Below the pieces are notes generated by a model. It searched no databases and was not told the DNA's origin. It saw only the letters and a program-made list of their open reading frames with translations. The translations under genes and the position numbers were made by a program. From Geopsychrobacteraceae bacterium (GTDB lineage Bacteria > Desulfobacterota > Desulfuromonadia > Desulfuromonadales > Geopsychrobacteraceae), in the NCBI GenBank assembly GCA_963676795.2, contig CAXXTB010000002.1:2048001-2112000 (forward strand): a stretch of 64,000 bases of DNA, written 5' to 3'. Below, one piece after another: positions 11,021 to 21,948 of this stretch (positions are counted from its first letter, which is position 1; each line of letters starts with the position of its first letter).

Positions 11021-11475
11021 AGGCCCGTATCCACTGACACTGTCATAGCACCACCCTTATCGTTATATTGGACACTGACGGTCGCTTCGGTACCGGCACT
11101 GGTTGAACTGATGTCAATACTTCCAAGACCAGAGGGGAGAGTAGCCACCTCCGCCAGCCAGTCGTCCAGATCATCTTTAACCATTGTCGGCAAGGTGGAC
11201 GCCGGTGTGTCCCCATAAGCAATCTCATAATGCTGAGAGCTCGAGATCGCGTCATCGCGGTTGATCCGCATCCGCTCGACCATGTCGTAAACATAGAGCG
11301 TCGCCTGAGTTCTCAGCATCGCATCAGCATTACCGGAAAGGCCCTGAGCCTGCAGACTGGCAAGACCAAGCAGACCGACAGACAACACCACCAAAGCGAC
11401 CAGCACCTCGACCAGAGTAAAACCGCCCTTTTGCATTAGCTTTGTTTTCATCATCACCCTTTCGTTCATGGGCAT
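11017..11475 (-). CDS. pilV: Minor pilin PilV
   Basis: G|FTLVEVLVALVVLSVGLLGLASLQ, RTQA, MVERMRIN; exact start uncertain. Confidence 0.88.
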   Translation of the reverse strand: MPMNERVMMKTKLMQKGGFTLVEVLVALVVLSVGLLGLASLQAQGLSGNADAMLRTQATLYVYDMVERMRINRDDAISSSQHYEIAYGDTPASTLPTMVKDDLDDWLAEVATLPSGLGSIDISSTSAGTEATVSVQYNDKGGAMTVSVDTGL

Positions 11476-12053
11476 GCGCTAGCCGGCTTGCTCACCGAGA
11501 CTCGACCGGTTCCAATTATAGTGATCGTATAGCCGGAACTGGTTCCGCGAGAATCACACAGGTTAAAGGTGTCATTACCCAGGTTCGTATTTCCAACAGC
11601 CAGCCCCTGCCCTGTAAAAGCAACATATTCGCTCATATTGCTTCCACTTCTTAATGTCAGTCCTGAGCGAAATTCCGGATAAACCCTGATAAGCTCATCT
11701 TCATCTCCGGAAGCTGTATCATAGACGCCGTCAGCATCGGCATCATAAAACACCAGCCAGCCACTTTCCCACACTCTGGAGTTTCCCGAGGTAGTATCAC
11801 AGCTTGTACCATTTATACTGCGACACATCGCCACACGGTCCCCCCTGGTCACGGCCTCCGCTTTAGCCAAATTCAGCGCCGCAACAAAATCGTTGGACTG
11901 CGTTGCTAACTGATTGTTTCTGAGAATGTCTTTCAGAGAAGGACCCGCCATCGCAGCGATAATTGCGATAAAGGCAAGAACGACAATCACCTCGATCAGG
12001 GTAAAACCTTCTGTCGATATGTAGATGGGTTTTCTAGAATGATTTCGACTCAT
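11466..12053 (-). CDS. fimT: FimT/FimU (GspH-like) minor pilin
   Basis: G|FTLIEVIVV, LAKAEAVTRG, WESGWLVFYD, GRV near C-terminus. Confidence 0.82.
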   Translation of the reverse strand: MSRNHSRKPIYISTEGFTLIEVIVVLAFIAIIAAMAGPSLKDILRNNQLATQSNDFVAALNLAKAEAVTRGDRVAMCRSINGTSCDTTSGNSRVWESGWLVFYDADADGVYDTASGDEDELIRVYPEFRSGLTLRSGSNMSEYVAFTGQGLAVGNTNLGNDTFNLCDSRGTSSGYTITIIGTGRVSVSKPASACP

Positions 12054-12195
12054 AAATCCTCTCCCTAAAAAGACATACTATACTCATTAGCAATATCTAT
12101 TCCCAGACAACTGAACGGACAAGGCACCTGAAAACCTGACCATTTCTGACCATTGTCCCCGATACAGCTATTGCTGTGCAAAAAAACCCATAAGA

Positions 12196-13704
12196 TTAAT
12201 GCATTTTTTGCACAGTCTGCACAGGGAAACATATCTCAAATCGACAGCCTTCACCGGCTGCTGACTCAACATCGATTCGCCCACCTATAGAAGAAACGAT
12301 TCTTTGACATACGGCAAGCCCCAATCCAGTCCCCTTTCCCGGGGCTTTCGTCGTAAAAAATGGCTCAAATACCTTTTCAAGATCCTCTGCAGATATTCCG
12401 CAACCATCATCTTTTATATAGATACAGAAATAGTCATCCTTTCTATCGAAGCTGATTTCCAACGTCCCCGAGCCATCACAGGCATCAATGGCATTCAGCA
12501 ATATATTCATAAAGACCTGCTGTAAATTTCCCCGTGTAACTCCAAGCATGACAGCTGTCGAAGGGAGGAGATCTTCAACAGTCATCGACTCCAGCTTGCC
12601 TTGACGATGTAATAAGTCCAAGCAAAAACGTAATTCTTCGATGACATCAACAAGGCCACCCTCTGTATTCGTTTCTGGACGAGCATATTCGAGCAGACCA
12701 CAAACCAGCGCATCGATTCTTCTTGCCTCAATAAGTGCATAGCTACTCAGTTCAGAGTGCGACAAGGAACTGTCTCCCGGCTCCATTTTCATTAACAGCT
12801 CGAGATAACCGATCAGTGCTGACAGTGGATTTCCTATTTCATGAGCCAGTCCGGACGCCAACTGTCCAACCGACGCCATTTTTTCACTGACGATAACCTC
12901 GCGACGCGCACTGCTTAATTCCTGAGTCAACTTTTCTAGTGAATTTATGTGATTTTCTTTCTCTTTCTGAGTCTTTTCAAGCGCGTCAATCATACGGTTG
13001 AAGCTGTCCGTCAGCTCCAGAATTTCACGCGGACCATCCAAAATTATTCTTTCACTCAGATTTCCTGACGAAATCAAATATGTCGCATTAAACAATCCGC
13101 GTAACGGTTTAATCAAGTTTTTGTGGATAAGATAATAGCCAATCAGTATCAGCACTACTGAAACGCTTAAAATATAGAGTAAAAAAATATTGAATCGTTC
13201 AACCAGTGTCCTGCGTACTTCCGCAAAGGAATAGATGGACACGAAGAAGCCCCCCACATCCCCAGAAGAATAAATCGGAGAAGAAACAATAAGGAAGTTA
13301 TTTTCATTTATAAAGACATTGAGCAGAGAGGAATAACGAACAACACTCAGAACTTCACCAGAGATCCTGCTTCTTAATAAGATATCAGAGATTTCAGATC
13401 TGAATGAACTTAAATCGTTACTGACAACAGCATTATACTGCCTGTCATAAAAGGCCCATCCAAGGCTACCCTGCTCCTGCAGTATAGCTGCGTAATCGGA
13501 TTCATGCCGCTGTGTCAGCGAAAGGACTCCGTTTCCATATGAATGGGCGATCATATTGTTCAGTGTTATCAAGCGTTCAATGCGCTCTCGTAATATTTCC
13601 TGTTCAGCAAACCTTAGGGAAAGGATCCCAAACAACAACAGCGCCGAGACCATTAGAAAAATCAGGGTGAATAAAATTTCAATCCGGATGCCAGGCTTTT
13701 TCAT
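12196..13704 (-). CDS. HAMP-domain sensor histidine kinase (NtrB/PilS-like)
   Basis: Two TM segments, HAMP, H-box [39 protein letters not shown]. Confidence 0.9.
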   Translation of the reverse strand: MKKPGIRIEILFTLIFLMVSALLLFGILSLRFAEQEILRERIERLITLNNMIAHSYGNGVLSLTQRHESDYAAILQEQGSLGWAFYDRQYNAVVSNDLSSFRSEISDILLRSRISGEVLSVVRYSSLLNVFINENNFLIVSSPIYSSGDVGGFFVSIYSFAEVRRTLVERFNIFLLYILSVSVVLILIGYYLIHKNLIKPLRGLFNATYLISSGNLSERIILDGPREILELTDSFNRMIDALEKTQKEKENHINSLEKLTQELSSARREVIVSEKMASVGQLASGLAHEIGNPLSALIGYLELLMKMEPGDSSLSHSELSSYALIEARRIDALVCGLLEYARPETNTEGGLVDVIEELRFCLDLLHRQGKLESMTVEDLLPSTAVMLGVTRGNLQQVFMNILLNAIDACDGSGTLEISFDRKDDYFCIYIKDDGCGISAEDLEKVFEPFFTTKAPGKGTGLGLAVCQRIVSSIGGRIDVESAAGEGCRFEICFPVQTVQKMH

Positions 13705-13829
13705 CAGAAACCCAATCCAATACTGTTTCTATATTTTCAATCCATTGTACTTCCATAATGAACAGACCAACATTAGACGCTACAAAATCTCAACTCAACC
13801 AAAAAGATAGGAATGATAGCAATGTCAGT

Positions 13830-13858
13830 TTGCCAAAAAGATAACAATCAACCATAAT
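13830..13858 (+). promoter_or_regulatory. Sigma70-type promoter for ferredoxin gene
   Basis: TTGCCA-17 bp-CATAAT, overlapped by an AATCAA...TTGATT inverted repeat. Confidence 0.55.
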
Positions 13859-13892
13859 TATAAATTGATTATTTATCTTGAAGGAGATTTTT

Positions 13893-14084
13893 ATGCCCCG
13901 TATCCCAACCCTGGACACCGATGCCTGCATCGGCTGCGAAACCTGTACCCGTTTATGCCCGAATGTTTTTCATATGATATCAGAGCATAAGGCCGGTGTT
14001 TTCAACCCGACCGGAGACAGTGAAGAAAAGATTGAAGAAGCGATGGACAACTGTCCGGTTGCCTGTATCAACTGGGAAGATTAG
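13893..14084 (+). CDS. Monocluster [4Fe-4S] ferredoxin
   Basis: CIGCETC...CPVACI; RBS AAGGAG before ATG 13893. Confidence 0.9.
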   Translation: MPRIPTLDTDACIGCETCTRLCPNVFHMISEHKAGVFNPTGDSEEKIEEAMDNCPVACINWED

Positions 14085-14099
14085 CGTCAGGCTGAAGTC

Positions 14100-14630
14100 A
14101 TGTATCGGTCCTGTGGAATTATCAGCCTGCTTTTCCTTGTCCTGACCAGCTGCTCATCGCCACTGGCAAAGATGGGCGACATCCTGGCGGATGACTATGC
14201 TGAACAGTATTTTTCCAACAGTGCCGAGCATTATTCCGTCAGCCTGCCACTTGAGTGGACACGAGAAGAGATTCCGGTCTCTTCTCCAGCCTACCGGACA
14301 CACACAACACGCTGGATAATCGCTAAAGGCAACACCACAGGCCCTGCCAGTTCATTCAGTATCTCAACACATCAAGAATCAGCCGAAGGCTACGCCTTGG
14401 AACGCGTTCAGGATCCGCAGCAAGCTACAGAAAAAAAGCTGAACTTCGCAACCTGCCTGCAGTTCTTATCCAGCCAGGATGAGAAACAACGGATTGAGCT
14501 GTACTGCCAGGGCAGTCAAAACCTGTTTGTCCTCGACTTTATCCTTATCAGCCCTGACAAAAAGCTACTCAAGCAGATCGACAGGGTCATGGACAGCTTT
14601 AACGAACTCACGCCAAGCGACGAGCAATGA
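14100..14630 (+). CDS. Hypothetical lipoprotein
   Basis: Lipobox LTSC; overlaps next ORF (ATGA). Confidence 0.65.
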   Translation: MYRSCGIISLLFLVLTSCSSPLAKMGDILADDYAEQYFSNSAEHYSVSLPLEWTREEIPVSSPAYRTHTTRWIIAKGNTTGPASSFSISTHQESAEGYALERVQDPQQATEKKLNFATCLQFLSSQDEKQRIELYCQGSQNLFVLDFILISPDKKLLKQIDRVMDSFNELTPSDEQ

Positions 14631-15193
14631 CCAGAATCAGACCAGCTGAACTCATCAGAAAGTACTACAAAGACAATCCCGAGGCGATGGAGATCCTCCT
14701 GGAGCACAGTCGCAAGGTGACTCGCCGGGCGCTGCAGATTGCCCGGAGAATGACTCAACACGAAGAGCTAGATATCCAGTTCATCGCCGAGGCTGCCATG
14801 CTTCACGACATAGGCATGATCATGACCGATGTCCCCGATCTGCACTGTTCCGGCAGTGCGCCCTATTTGCAGCACGGACTTCTCGGTGCCGAAATTCTAA
14901 ACAAAGAAGGGTTCCCAAGGCACGCCCGGGTCTGTGAACGCCATATCGGCATCGGTTTGACGGCAGAAGAAATCATCCGTGAGAAGTTACCGCTACCGGC
15001 CCGCGACATGCTTCCCGAGACAGTTGAAGAACAGATCATCTGTTACGCGGATCTGTTCTTTTCCAAGGGGAAGAAAAATCGCCATCAGGAAAAATCTCAC
15101 GACAAGGTGAGAAAAAACCTGAACAAATATGGCAAAGACAAAACCGCCGTTTTCGATCGCTGGCAGCAGTGTTTCGAGCCGGATGCGAGCTGA
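14627..15193 (+). CDS. HD/HDIG-domain phosphohydrolase
   Basis: EHS...LHDIG...HG...ERHIG...YAD motifs. Confidence 0.85.
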   Translation: MTRIRPAELIRKYYKDNPEAMEILLEHSRKVTRRALQIARRMTQHEELDIQFIAEAAMLHDIGMIMTDVPDLHCSGSAPYLQHGLLGAEILNKEGFPRHARVCERHIGIGLTAEEIIREKLPLPARDMLPETVEEQIICYADLFFSKGKKNRHQEKSHDKVRKNLNKYGKDKTAVFDRWQQCFEPDAS

Positions 15194-15196
15194 ACA

Positions 15197-15841
15197 ATGC
15201 CGTCCTGGCTTGTTGAATTCAGCAGCTACCTGCCGCAAGGACTGCTACTCTACCTGCTTGTTTTGCTGATTGCATTCTTCGAGTCGATCCCACTGGCTGG
15301 GCTTATCGTACCGGGCAGCACCCTGGCTGTCCTGTTCGGCTTTCTTGCCTACCACGGAACCGGCTCCTTTTCGACGATCGTCATCAGTGCAATTATAGGA
15401 GCCTTTCTGGGCGACAGTTTCAGTTTCTGGCTGGGACGGAAGTTCGGGGCCGGCTTTCTCAAAACCAGACGACTTCGTCGCCAGCGTAAATTGACACGGC
15501 TGGCGTCCCTTCTCTTTGTTCACCATGGTGGCAAGTCGCTGTTTTTTGCGCGCTTCCTTGGTCCGATTCGCGGCACAACCCCCTTCATCGCCGGGCTGTT
15601 CCGCATGTCTGGTCAGCCATTTATCATCTATACGCTCATCAGCGCGATACTCTGGGGCATCTGTTATCCCGGAGTCGGCTACCTGGGAGGCAAAAGCTGG
15701 CATCACGCAGAACAGCTGAGCGTCCAGCTGGCCCTGCTGATGACAGCCCTCATCCTCATGACCGCAGTGCACTATCTGACCAAAGCGCTGTTCAAAAAAC
15801 TGTCCACAGGTGACAGCTCTAAAAAAGATACTGAAAACTGA
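15197..15841 (+). CDS. DedA family membrane protein
   Basis: AFFES...GLIVPG, LGDSFSFWLGR, FFARFLGPIR. Confidence 0.88.
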   Translation: MPSWLVEFSSYLPQGLLLYLLVLLIAFFESIPLAGLIVPGSTLAVLFGFLAYHGTGSFSTIVISAIIGAFLGDSFSFWLGRKFGAGFLKTRRLRRQRKLTRLASLLFVHHGGKSLFFARFLGPIRGTTPFIAGLFRMSGQPFIIYTLISAILWGICYPGVGYLGGKSWHHAEQLSVQLALLMTALILMTAVHYLTKALFKKLSTGDSSKKDTEN

Positions 15842-16814
15842 CACTGACTGAGCGGGACTCCCAGTGCACTTCGTTCAGCGTTGTTTTTGAGGCACCATCG
15901 TCCGTATAAGTGCGGTCGGTGCCGGACTGGGTTGTGAAGTAGCGAATCGCTCCTGTCGCCAGCAAGGACCAGCGCTCAGCCAGGCGATAACGCGCCTGCA
16001 GCGACCAGTCAAAGCCATCTCCAACAGCGACATGCTCAAAGCTGACGGGATGATCGAGATCCTCCCGCAGATTCCAATCGGCCTGGGCAAAATAATAGAA
16101 AAGGTGATATCTGAACGCTGTTGCCAGACTGAAGACCTCAGTCAGGGGCAGGTCAAGCTTAAGCCCGACGACCGGGCCAAACCAATAGGCATCATAACTG
16201 CTGTCCAGCCCCTCTATGGACCCTGGAGAGGGCACACCGAAGGAACCACCGCTTTCCTGAAAATACTGATTATAGATACTCTGATTTGAATAAACCTGAC
16301 GGCCGTTTTGCAGGACAAGACCAAGATAGTCGAATTGAATCCCCAGGATCGGGGTAATTTTCAGAGGGGTGTCTTTCAAAGTGATAACAGGGCCGGCTTC
16401 TATGCCAAAATCAACAACCTGACCATCTCCGGCATCACTCAGCGAACGGGACCATTCAAACCGCCTGTCGTTCGCAGCGTAGTCAGCATCACTGACGTGG
16501 CCTGCATAGATATTTCCGGCGCCCAAATACCCGGAAAAATACAGGTCGCGCCTGAGCCATTCCAGACCCTCAAGAACCCCTTCCGCCTGCAGCTTGAGTT
16601 CATATATTTTCAGGTCATCCCACTTGAGTTCCGACAGAATATTGACAGGATCGCCGTCCCTGGTCTCGCCAGCGATACTCCAGCTCAAACTGTCTTCGCG
16701 TAACGCCTGGGATACACTCACTTGCAGATTTTTCAGCTCGGGACCGGCGAGCGCATCAGAAACAGGCCAGAGTAGACATAAACACAGGACAGGAAGTGAC
16801 AATAAGTTCCGCAC
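15819..16814 (-). CDS. Outer-membrane beta-barrel protein (omptin-like/Pom-like)
   Basis: Signal peptide, NILSELKW, ADWNLR, amphipathic strands, C-terminal YLF. Confidence 0.6.
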   Translation of the reverse strand: MRNLLSLPVLCLCLLWPVSDALAGPELKNLQVSVSQALREDSLSWSIAGETRDGDPVNILSELKWDDLKIYELKLQAEGVLEGLEWLRRDLYFSGYLGAGNIYAGHVSDADYAANDRRFEWSRSLSDAGDGQVVDFGIEAGPVITLKDTPLKITPILGIQFDYLGLVLQNGRQVYSNQSIYNQYFQESGGSFGVPSPGSIEGLDSSYDAYWFGPVVGLKLDLPLTEVFSLATAFRYHLFYYFAQADWNLREDLDHPVSFEHVAVGDGFDWSLQARYRLAERWSLLATGAIRYFTTQSGTDRTYTDDGASKTTLNEVHWESRSVSVSFQYLF

Positions 16815-17159
16815 CCGTTCCTCCCAATAAAAAAAATTACAAAAAATATAAATTGTTTCCGCAGTCAGCGAACGAAACTCATTAAAGCATAAAAAGAAAT
16901 GATTTCATACATCGATTAAGCGAGCCCTTGCTCAGCTGTGCACTCTCCTGCAGTTACCGAGAATGGCCCCTGTCAAACGTGTTGGCCTGGTTAAGAAACA
17001 GCCGCTCACGGCAAAGACATATTCTGTCACAAAACTGGTCAATACTAGGATTATCAGCAGATATCAACCAACGGAGACAGCTATGTTCGAATTTCTTTTC
17101 AGCGCCTTCTTTGTTTTGCTTTTTATCGGGCAACTCTGTGGCAAGAAACCGCAAGACAT

Positions 17160-17194
17160 AAAAAAACCGGTGATTTCAAAAATGAAATCACCGG
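17160..17194 (-). terminator. Intrinsic terminator after FKBP gene
   Basis: A-run then CCGGTGATTTCA-AAAA-TGAAATCACCGG. Confidence 0.8.
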
Positions 17195-17204
17195 CGAAGA
17201 AGAC

Positions 17205-17867
17205 TCAGTCGACCTTGATCAGCTCGACATCGAAGAGCAGTGCAGCGTTTGGCGGAATGGTGGGAGGTGCTCCCCGCTCACCGTACGCAAGCTCTGAGGG
17301 GATAGCCAGCTGCCACTTATCCCCCTCATGCATCAGCAGAAGAGCTTCGGTCCACCCGGGAATCACGCCGCTGACCGGAAAGCTTGCCGGCGCGCCGCGA
17401 TCATAGGAGCTATCAAACTTTGTGCCGTCGATCAGCGTGCCGGTATAATGGACCTCGACCTTGGAGTCTTTACTCGGAGTCGCACCGCTGCCACTTTCTA
17501 CAACCCTGTACTGCAGACCGCTGTCGAGGGTGACAACCCCTTCTTTCTTAGCGTTTTCAGCCAGGAAGACTTTCGCATCAGTGGCGGCCTTGGTCAGCAT
17601 CTCCTGCTGCAGACGCTGCTGAAAAGCGATCAGCGTCTCGCGCATCTCATCAACTGTCAGCAGGGTCTCCTCCCCTTTCATGGCAGTCTGGAGGCCCGCG
17701 GCCACCTGATCCGGGCTGACATCGATCTGCTGCTGTTTGAGATTACCACCGATATTCATCCCGATCGCATAGCCGATCCGGTCGTTTTCAGTCTTGAATT
17801 GTTCAGCGGCCTGCGCAAACCCGCTGATCGCCAGCGCCGCACAGAGACCTACGATAAACTTCTTCAT
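17205..17867 (-). CDS. FKBP-type peptidyl-prolyl isomerase (Mip/FklB-like)
   Basis: Signal peptide, GYAIG, SGLQY, VHYTGTL, FDSS, VIPGWTEAL, LAYG. Confidence 0.93.
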   Translation of the reverse strand: MKKFIVGLCAALAISGFAQAAEQFKTENDRIGYAIGMNIGGNLKQQQIDVSPDQVAAGLQTAMKGEETLLTVDEMRETLIAFQQRLQQEMLTKAATDAKVFLAENAKKEGVVTLDSGLQYRVVESGSGATPSKDSKVEVHYTGTLIDGTKFDSSYDRGAPASFPVSGVIPGWTEALLLMHEGDKWQLAIPSELAYGERGAPPTIPPNAALLFDVELIKVD

Positions 17868-17892
17868 TTTAATCTCCTTGTCAAAAATACTT

Positions 17893-17927
17893 AAAAAAAG
17901 GGCCCGATGTTTACCATCGGGCCCTTT
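17893..17927 (-). terminator. Terminator of kor operon
   Basis: AAAAAAAGGGCCCGATG...CATCGGGCCCTTTT. Confidence 0.8.
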
Positions 17928-17939
17928 ATACTACGAGGC

Positions 17940-18491
17940 TTAGCCAGCCATCAATGCTTTTACTTTTTCATAGCCGAGATTATAGGCTTTTTTATTCAGC
18001 TCAACGAAGGCTTCAGGTACCCGGCGCAGAACCGCTTCCTGCCCCGATTCACGAGCAACGACATCGGTCAGTGCGATCATCGCCCCAAGAGCGATAACGT
18101 TGGCAACGATGATGCGCCCGATCTCGTCCTGAGCAGCCCGCATGATCGGCAGGTCATAGATCTTGTAATCCCCCTGTGGCGGGTTCTTGACAAAATCGGT
18201 ATCGACCAGCAGCAGTCCGCCCGACTTGATGCCAACGGCATACTTGTCAGCCGCTTCCTGGGTCATCGCCAGGCAGGCGTCGACAATGGTCGCCTTGGGA
18301 TAATCAATCGGCGCATCGCCGATGATAACCTCGGACTTGGATGCACCACCGCGGGCCTCAGGTCCATAACTCTGTGACTGAACGGCATGCTTGCCTTCGA
18401 TGATCGAGGCCGCTTCAGCCAGAATAATTCCTGCGGTAATCAGACCTTGACCACCGGCACCGGAAAACCGGATTTCGTATCTTTCTGCCAT
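17940..18491 (-). CDS. korC: 2-oxoglutarate:ferredoxin oxidoreductase gamma subunit
   Basis: SGAGGQG, QSYGPEARGG. Confidence 0.9.
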   Translation of the reverse strand: MAERYEIRFSGAGGQGLITAGIILAEAASIIEGKHAVQSQSYGPEARGGASKSEVIIGDAPIDYPKATIVDACLAMTQEAADKYAVGIKSGGLLLVDTDFVKNPPQGDYKIYDLPIMRAAQDEIGRIIVANVIALGAMIALTDVVARESGQEAVLRRVPEAFVELNKKAYNLGYEKVKALMAG

Positions 18492-18514
18492 GATTCTAGT
18501 CTCCTTGCAGACGA

Positions 18515-19330
18515 TCAGGCGCCCTGAGCGCGCTCAACGACTTTGGCATATTGTTCACAGTACTCCGGACGGTCCTCTTTATGAAGAACACCAGTCAGGA
18601 CCTTCCCCTCAAGCTGTTCCGGGGTCATTTTGGCGGCAGCAGCAACCGGCACTGCCATATCCTTGAGCCGCTTCATCATATCAACGACACTGCGGAACTT
18701 GTTACGGCGACCATAGGTTGTCGGACAGTCATCAAGGATCTCGATGACCGCCATCCCCTTGTGCTTGATCCCCTCGGCAATCAACTTGTCGATCTGGGTC
18801 GCATGGAAAGCAGTGGTCCGGGCAACAAAGGTCGCACCGGCACCGATCGCCAGCTTGCTGATATCGAAGGTCGGATCGGGGTTGCCGTAAGGGGTGGTCG
18901 AAGCCTTATCACCGGTCGGAGTCGTCGGCGAGAACTGGCCACCGGTCATCCCGTAGATGTAGTTGTTCATGATGATGTAGGTCATGTCGATATTGCGTCG
19001 GCAGGCATGGATGAAGTGGTTACCACCGATTGCGGTACCATCGCCGTCACCACCACAGACAATAACGTTCATCTCCGGCTTGGCCATCTTGACGCCGGTT
19101 GCAAAAGCCGCCGCGCGGCCGTGAGCCGTATGCAGGGTATTGAAATCCATGTAGCCGGGCAGCCGGCTGGCGCAGCCGATACCTGAGACGATCGCCGTGT
19201 TGTTTTTTTCAAGACCGCAGGTATCAATAGCGCGGATCAGGCCTTTCATAACAATGCCGTGACCACAGCCCGGACACCAGATGTGTGGCAACTTGCCCGG
19301 ACGGATATATTTTTCGTAATCGTAAGCCAT
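18515..19330 (-). CDS. korB: 2-oxoglutarate:ferredoxin oxidoreductase beta subunit
   Basis: WCPGCG, SGIGC, GDGD...NN TPP motif, YGMTGGQ. Confidence 0.92.
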   Translation of the reverse strand: MAYDYEKYIRPGKLPHIWCPGCGHGIVMKGLIRAIDTCGLEKNNTAIVSGIGCASRLPGYMDFNTLHTAHGRAAAFATGVKMAKPEMNVIVCGGDGDGTAIGGNHFIHACRRNIDMTYIIMNNYIYGMTGGQFSPTTPTGDKASTTPYGNPDPTFDISKLAIGAGATFVARTTAFHATQIDKLIAEGIKHKGMAVIEILDDCPTTYGRRNKFRSVVDMMKRLKDMAVPVAAAAKMTPEQLEGKVLTGVLHKEDRPEYCEQYAKVVERAQGA

Positions 19331-20469
19331 TAGAGGACCTCCTTAACCTGATCAATAATCTGAGCAGGAGTGATCGGGTCGCCGTCTACGCGGTTAACTC
19401 CAGCCAGGGCACAATCACTTTTCACTACACGTTCAACCTCAAGAATCATCTGACCCAGGTTGAGCTCCGGCACGACAATCGCTTTGACCTGCTTGCCGAT
19501 TTCAGCAATCCGCTTTTCCGGGAAGGGCCACAGCGTGACCGGACGGAACAGACCGGCCTTGATCCCCTGGCTGCGCAGTTCGTTGATCGCATAGCGAGCC
19601 GAACGGGCAGATGAGCCGTAGGCGAAGACAACGACCTCGGCATCATCAACCAGATACTCGTCGTTCTTTTCAATGATCGCCCGGGCTTCAGCAGACTCAA
19701 CCTTGCGGATCTGACGGCGCTCTTCAGCGTCAACCAGTTCAGCCTTGGTAGTCGGGAAACCGTCAGCTGCCTTGTTCAGACCGGTGACATGGAAACGGTA
19801 ATCGGTACCGAATGCGGCCAGCGGCGGTACGTCGCCGAAAGACGGATCAAACGGCTTGTAGTCTTCAGGACCCACGCTCGGAGCAGCACGGTCGATGACC
19901 TCCAGCTCACCGGGCTCAGGGAACTCGATACGCTCACGCATGTGACCGATGATCTCATCGTAAACAATCTGAACCGGCATACGGAACTGCTCAGCCAGGT
20001 TGAAGGCGCGGACCGTTTCAGAGAAGATCTCCTGACAGGTCTCAGGCGCAACGACGATCGCCGGGTGGTCACCGTGGGTCCCCCAGCGGGCCTGCATAAC
20101 GTCCGACTGGCCCGGGCCGGTCGGCATACCGGTCGAAGGACCGCCACGCATAACATTGACGATGACGCAGGGAATTTCCGCAATACAGGCGTAACCGATC
20201 AGCTCCTGCTTGAGGGAAATACCAGGACCGGAAGATGCGGTCAGCGACTTCGAGCCGGTCAGTGATGCGCCGATGACAGACGCCATGGCTGCGATCTCAT
20301 CTTCCATCTGAATGAACTTTCCGCCGACCTTGGGAAGCTCGCCGGAGAGAACCTCAGCAACTTCGGTTGACGGGGTAATAGGGTATCCGCCGAAGAATTT
20401 ACAACCGGCATAAAGGGCGCCCTGGGCGCACGCTTCATTTCCCTGTAACAATGCAACTTTCTTAGCCAC
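19330..20469 (-). CDS. korA: 2-oxoglutarate:ferredoxin oxidoreductase alpha subunit
   Basis: GYPITPSTE, QMEDE, RGGPSTG. Confidence 0.92.
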   Translation of the reverse strand: MAKKVALLQGNEACAQGALYAGCKFFGGYPITPSTEVAEVLSGELPKVGGKFIQMEDEIAAMASVIGASLTGSKSLTASSGPGISLKQELIGYACIAEIPCVIVNVMRGGPSTGMPTGPGQSDVMQARWGTHGDHPAIVVAPETCQEIFSETVRAFNLAEQFRMPVQIVYDEIIGHMRERIEFPEPGELEVIDRAAPSVGPEDYKPFDPSFGDVPPLAAFGTDYRFHVTGLNKAADGFPTTKAELVDAEERRQIRKVESAEARAIIEKNDEYLVDDAEVVVFAYGSSARSARYAINELRSQGIKAGLFRPVTLWPFPEKRIAEIGKQVKAIVVPELNLGQMILEVERVVKSDCALAGVNRVDGDPITPAQIIDQVKEVL

Positions 20470-20490
20470 GAAGCGACCTCCTATAGCGAC

Positions 20491-20685
20491 TTACAGCTTA
20501 TGGACTTTGATGGCGAAATCTGGGCAGCGCAGTTCACACTGATTGCAGGCGATACAGGCCTCAGCATTGGCAACCCTGGCGACAAAACCATCAATTTCAA
20601 GAACCTTGGTAGGGCAGAACTCAACACAGATACTGCACCCCTTGCAATAGCTTTCATTAATCTCGATTTTCGCTTTCGCGCTCAT
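20491..20685 (-). CDS. korD: 2x[4Fe-4S] ferredoxin (delta subunit)
   Basis: CKGCSICVEFCP and CIACNQCELRCPDFAI; first gene of kor operon. Confidence 0.88.
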   Translation of the reverse strand: MSAKAKIEINESYCKGCSICVEFCPTKVLEIDGFVARVANAEACIACNQCELRCPDFAIKVHKL

Positions 20686-20906
20686 GAGCGATTCATCTCC
20701 TTTTAATCCGTGTTACAGCGTTTGATCCACCGTATTGCGGGCAGATCCTAGCACAACTCATTACGATGTTCCAGACAATAAACTGCTGTTTTAAAATTAT
20801 CCTACTGGTCGCTACCATGATGAATTTACGGATTAAATTACCCAGCAGTTTCTAAAAAGAAAGGCAGTCAAACAGACTGCCCTTCCACATTATCTCAGCT
20901 CGATCG

Positions 20907-21878
<972 letters not shown>

Positions 21879-21948
21879 TTATTCAGACTTTAATAAGGTG
21901 CGGAGAGTACGCTCATCCGCCCTGTGCAAGTTGTTAATAACCCAATCC

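Noticed and set aside
16920..17010. Possible riboswitch (AGTTACCGA resembles the GEMM 3' end)
   Set aside because: No upstream GEMM elements and no convincing fold
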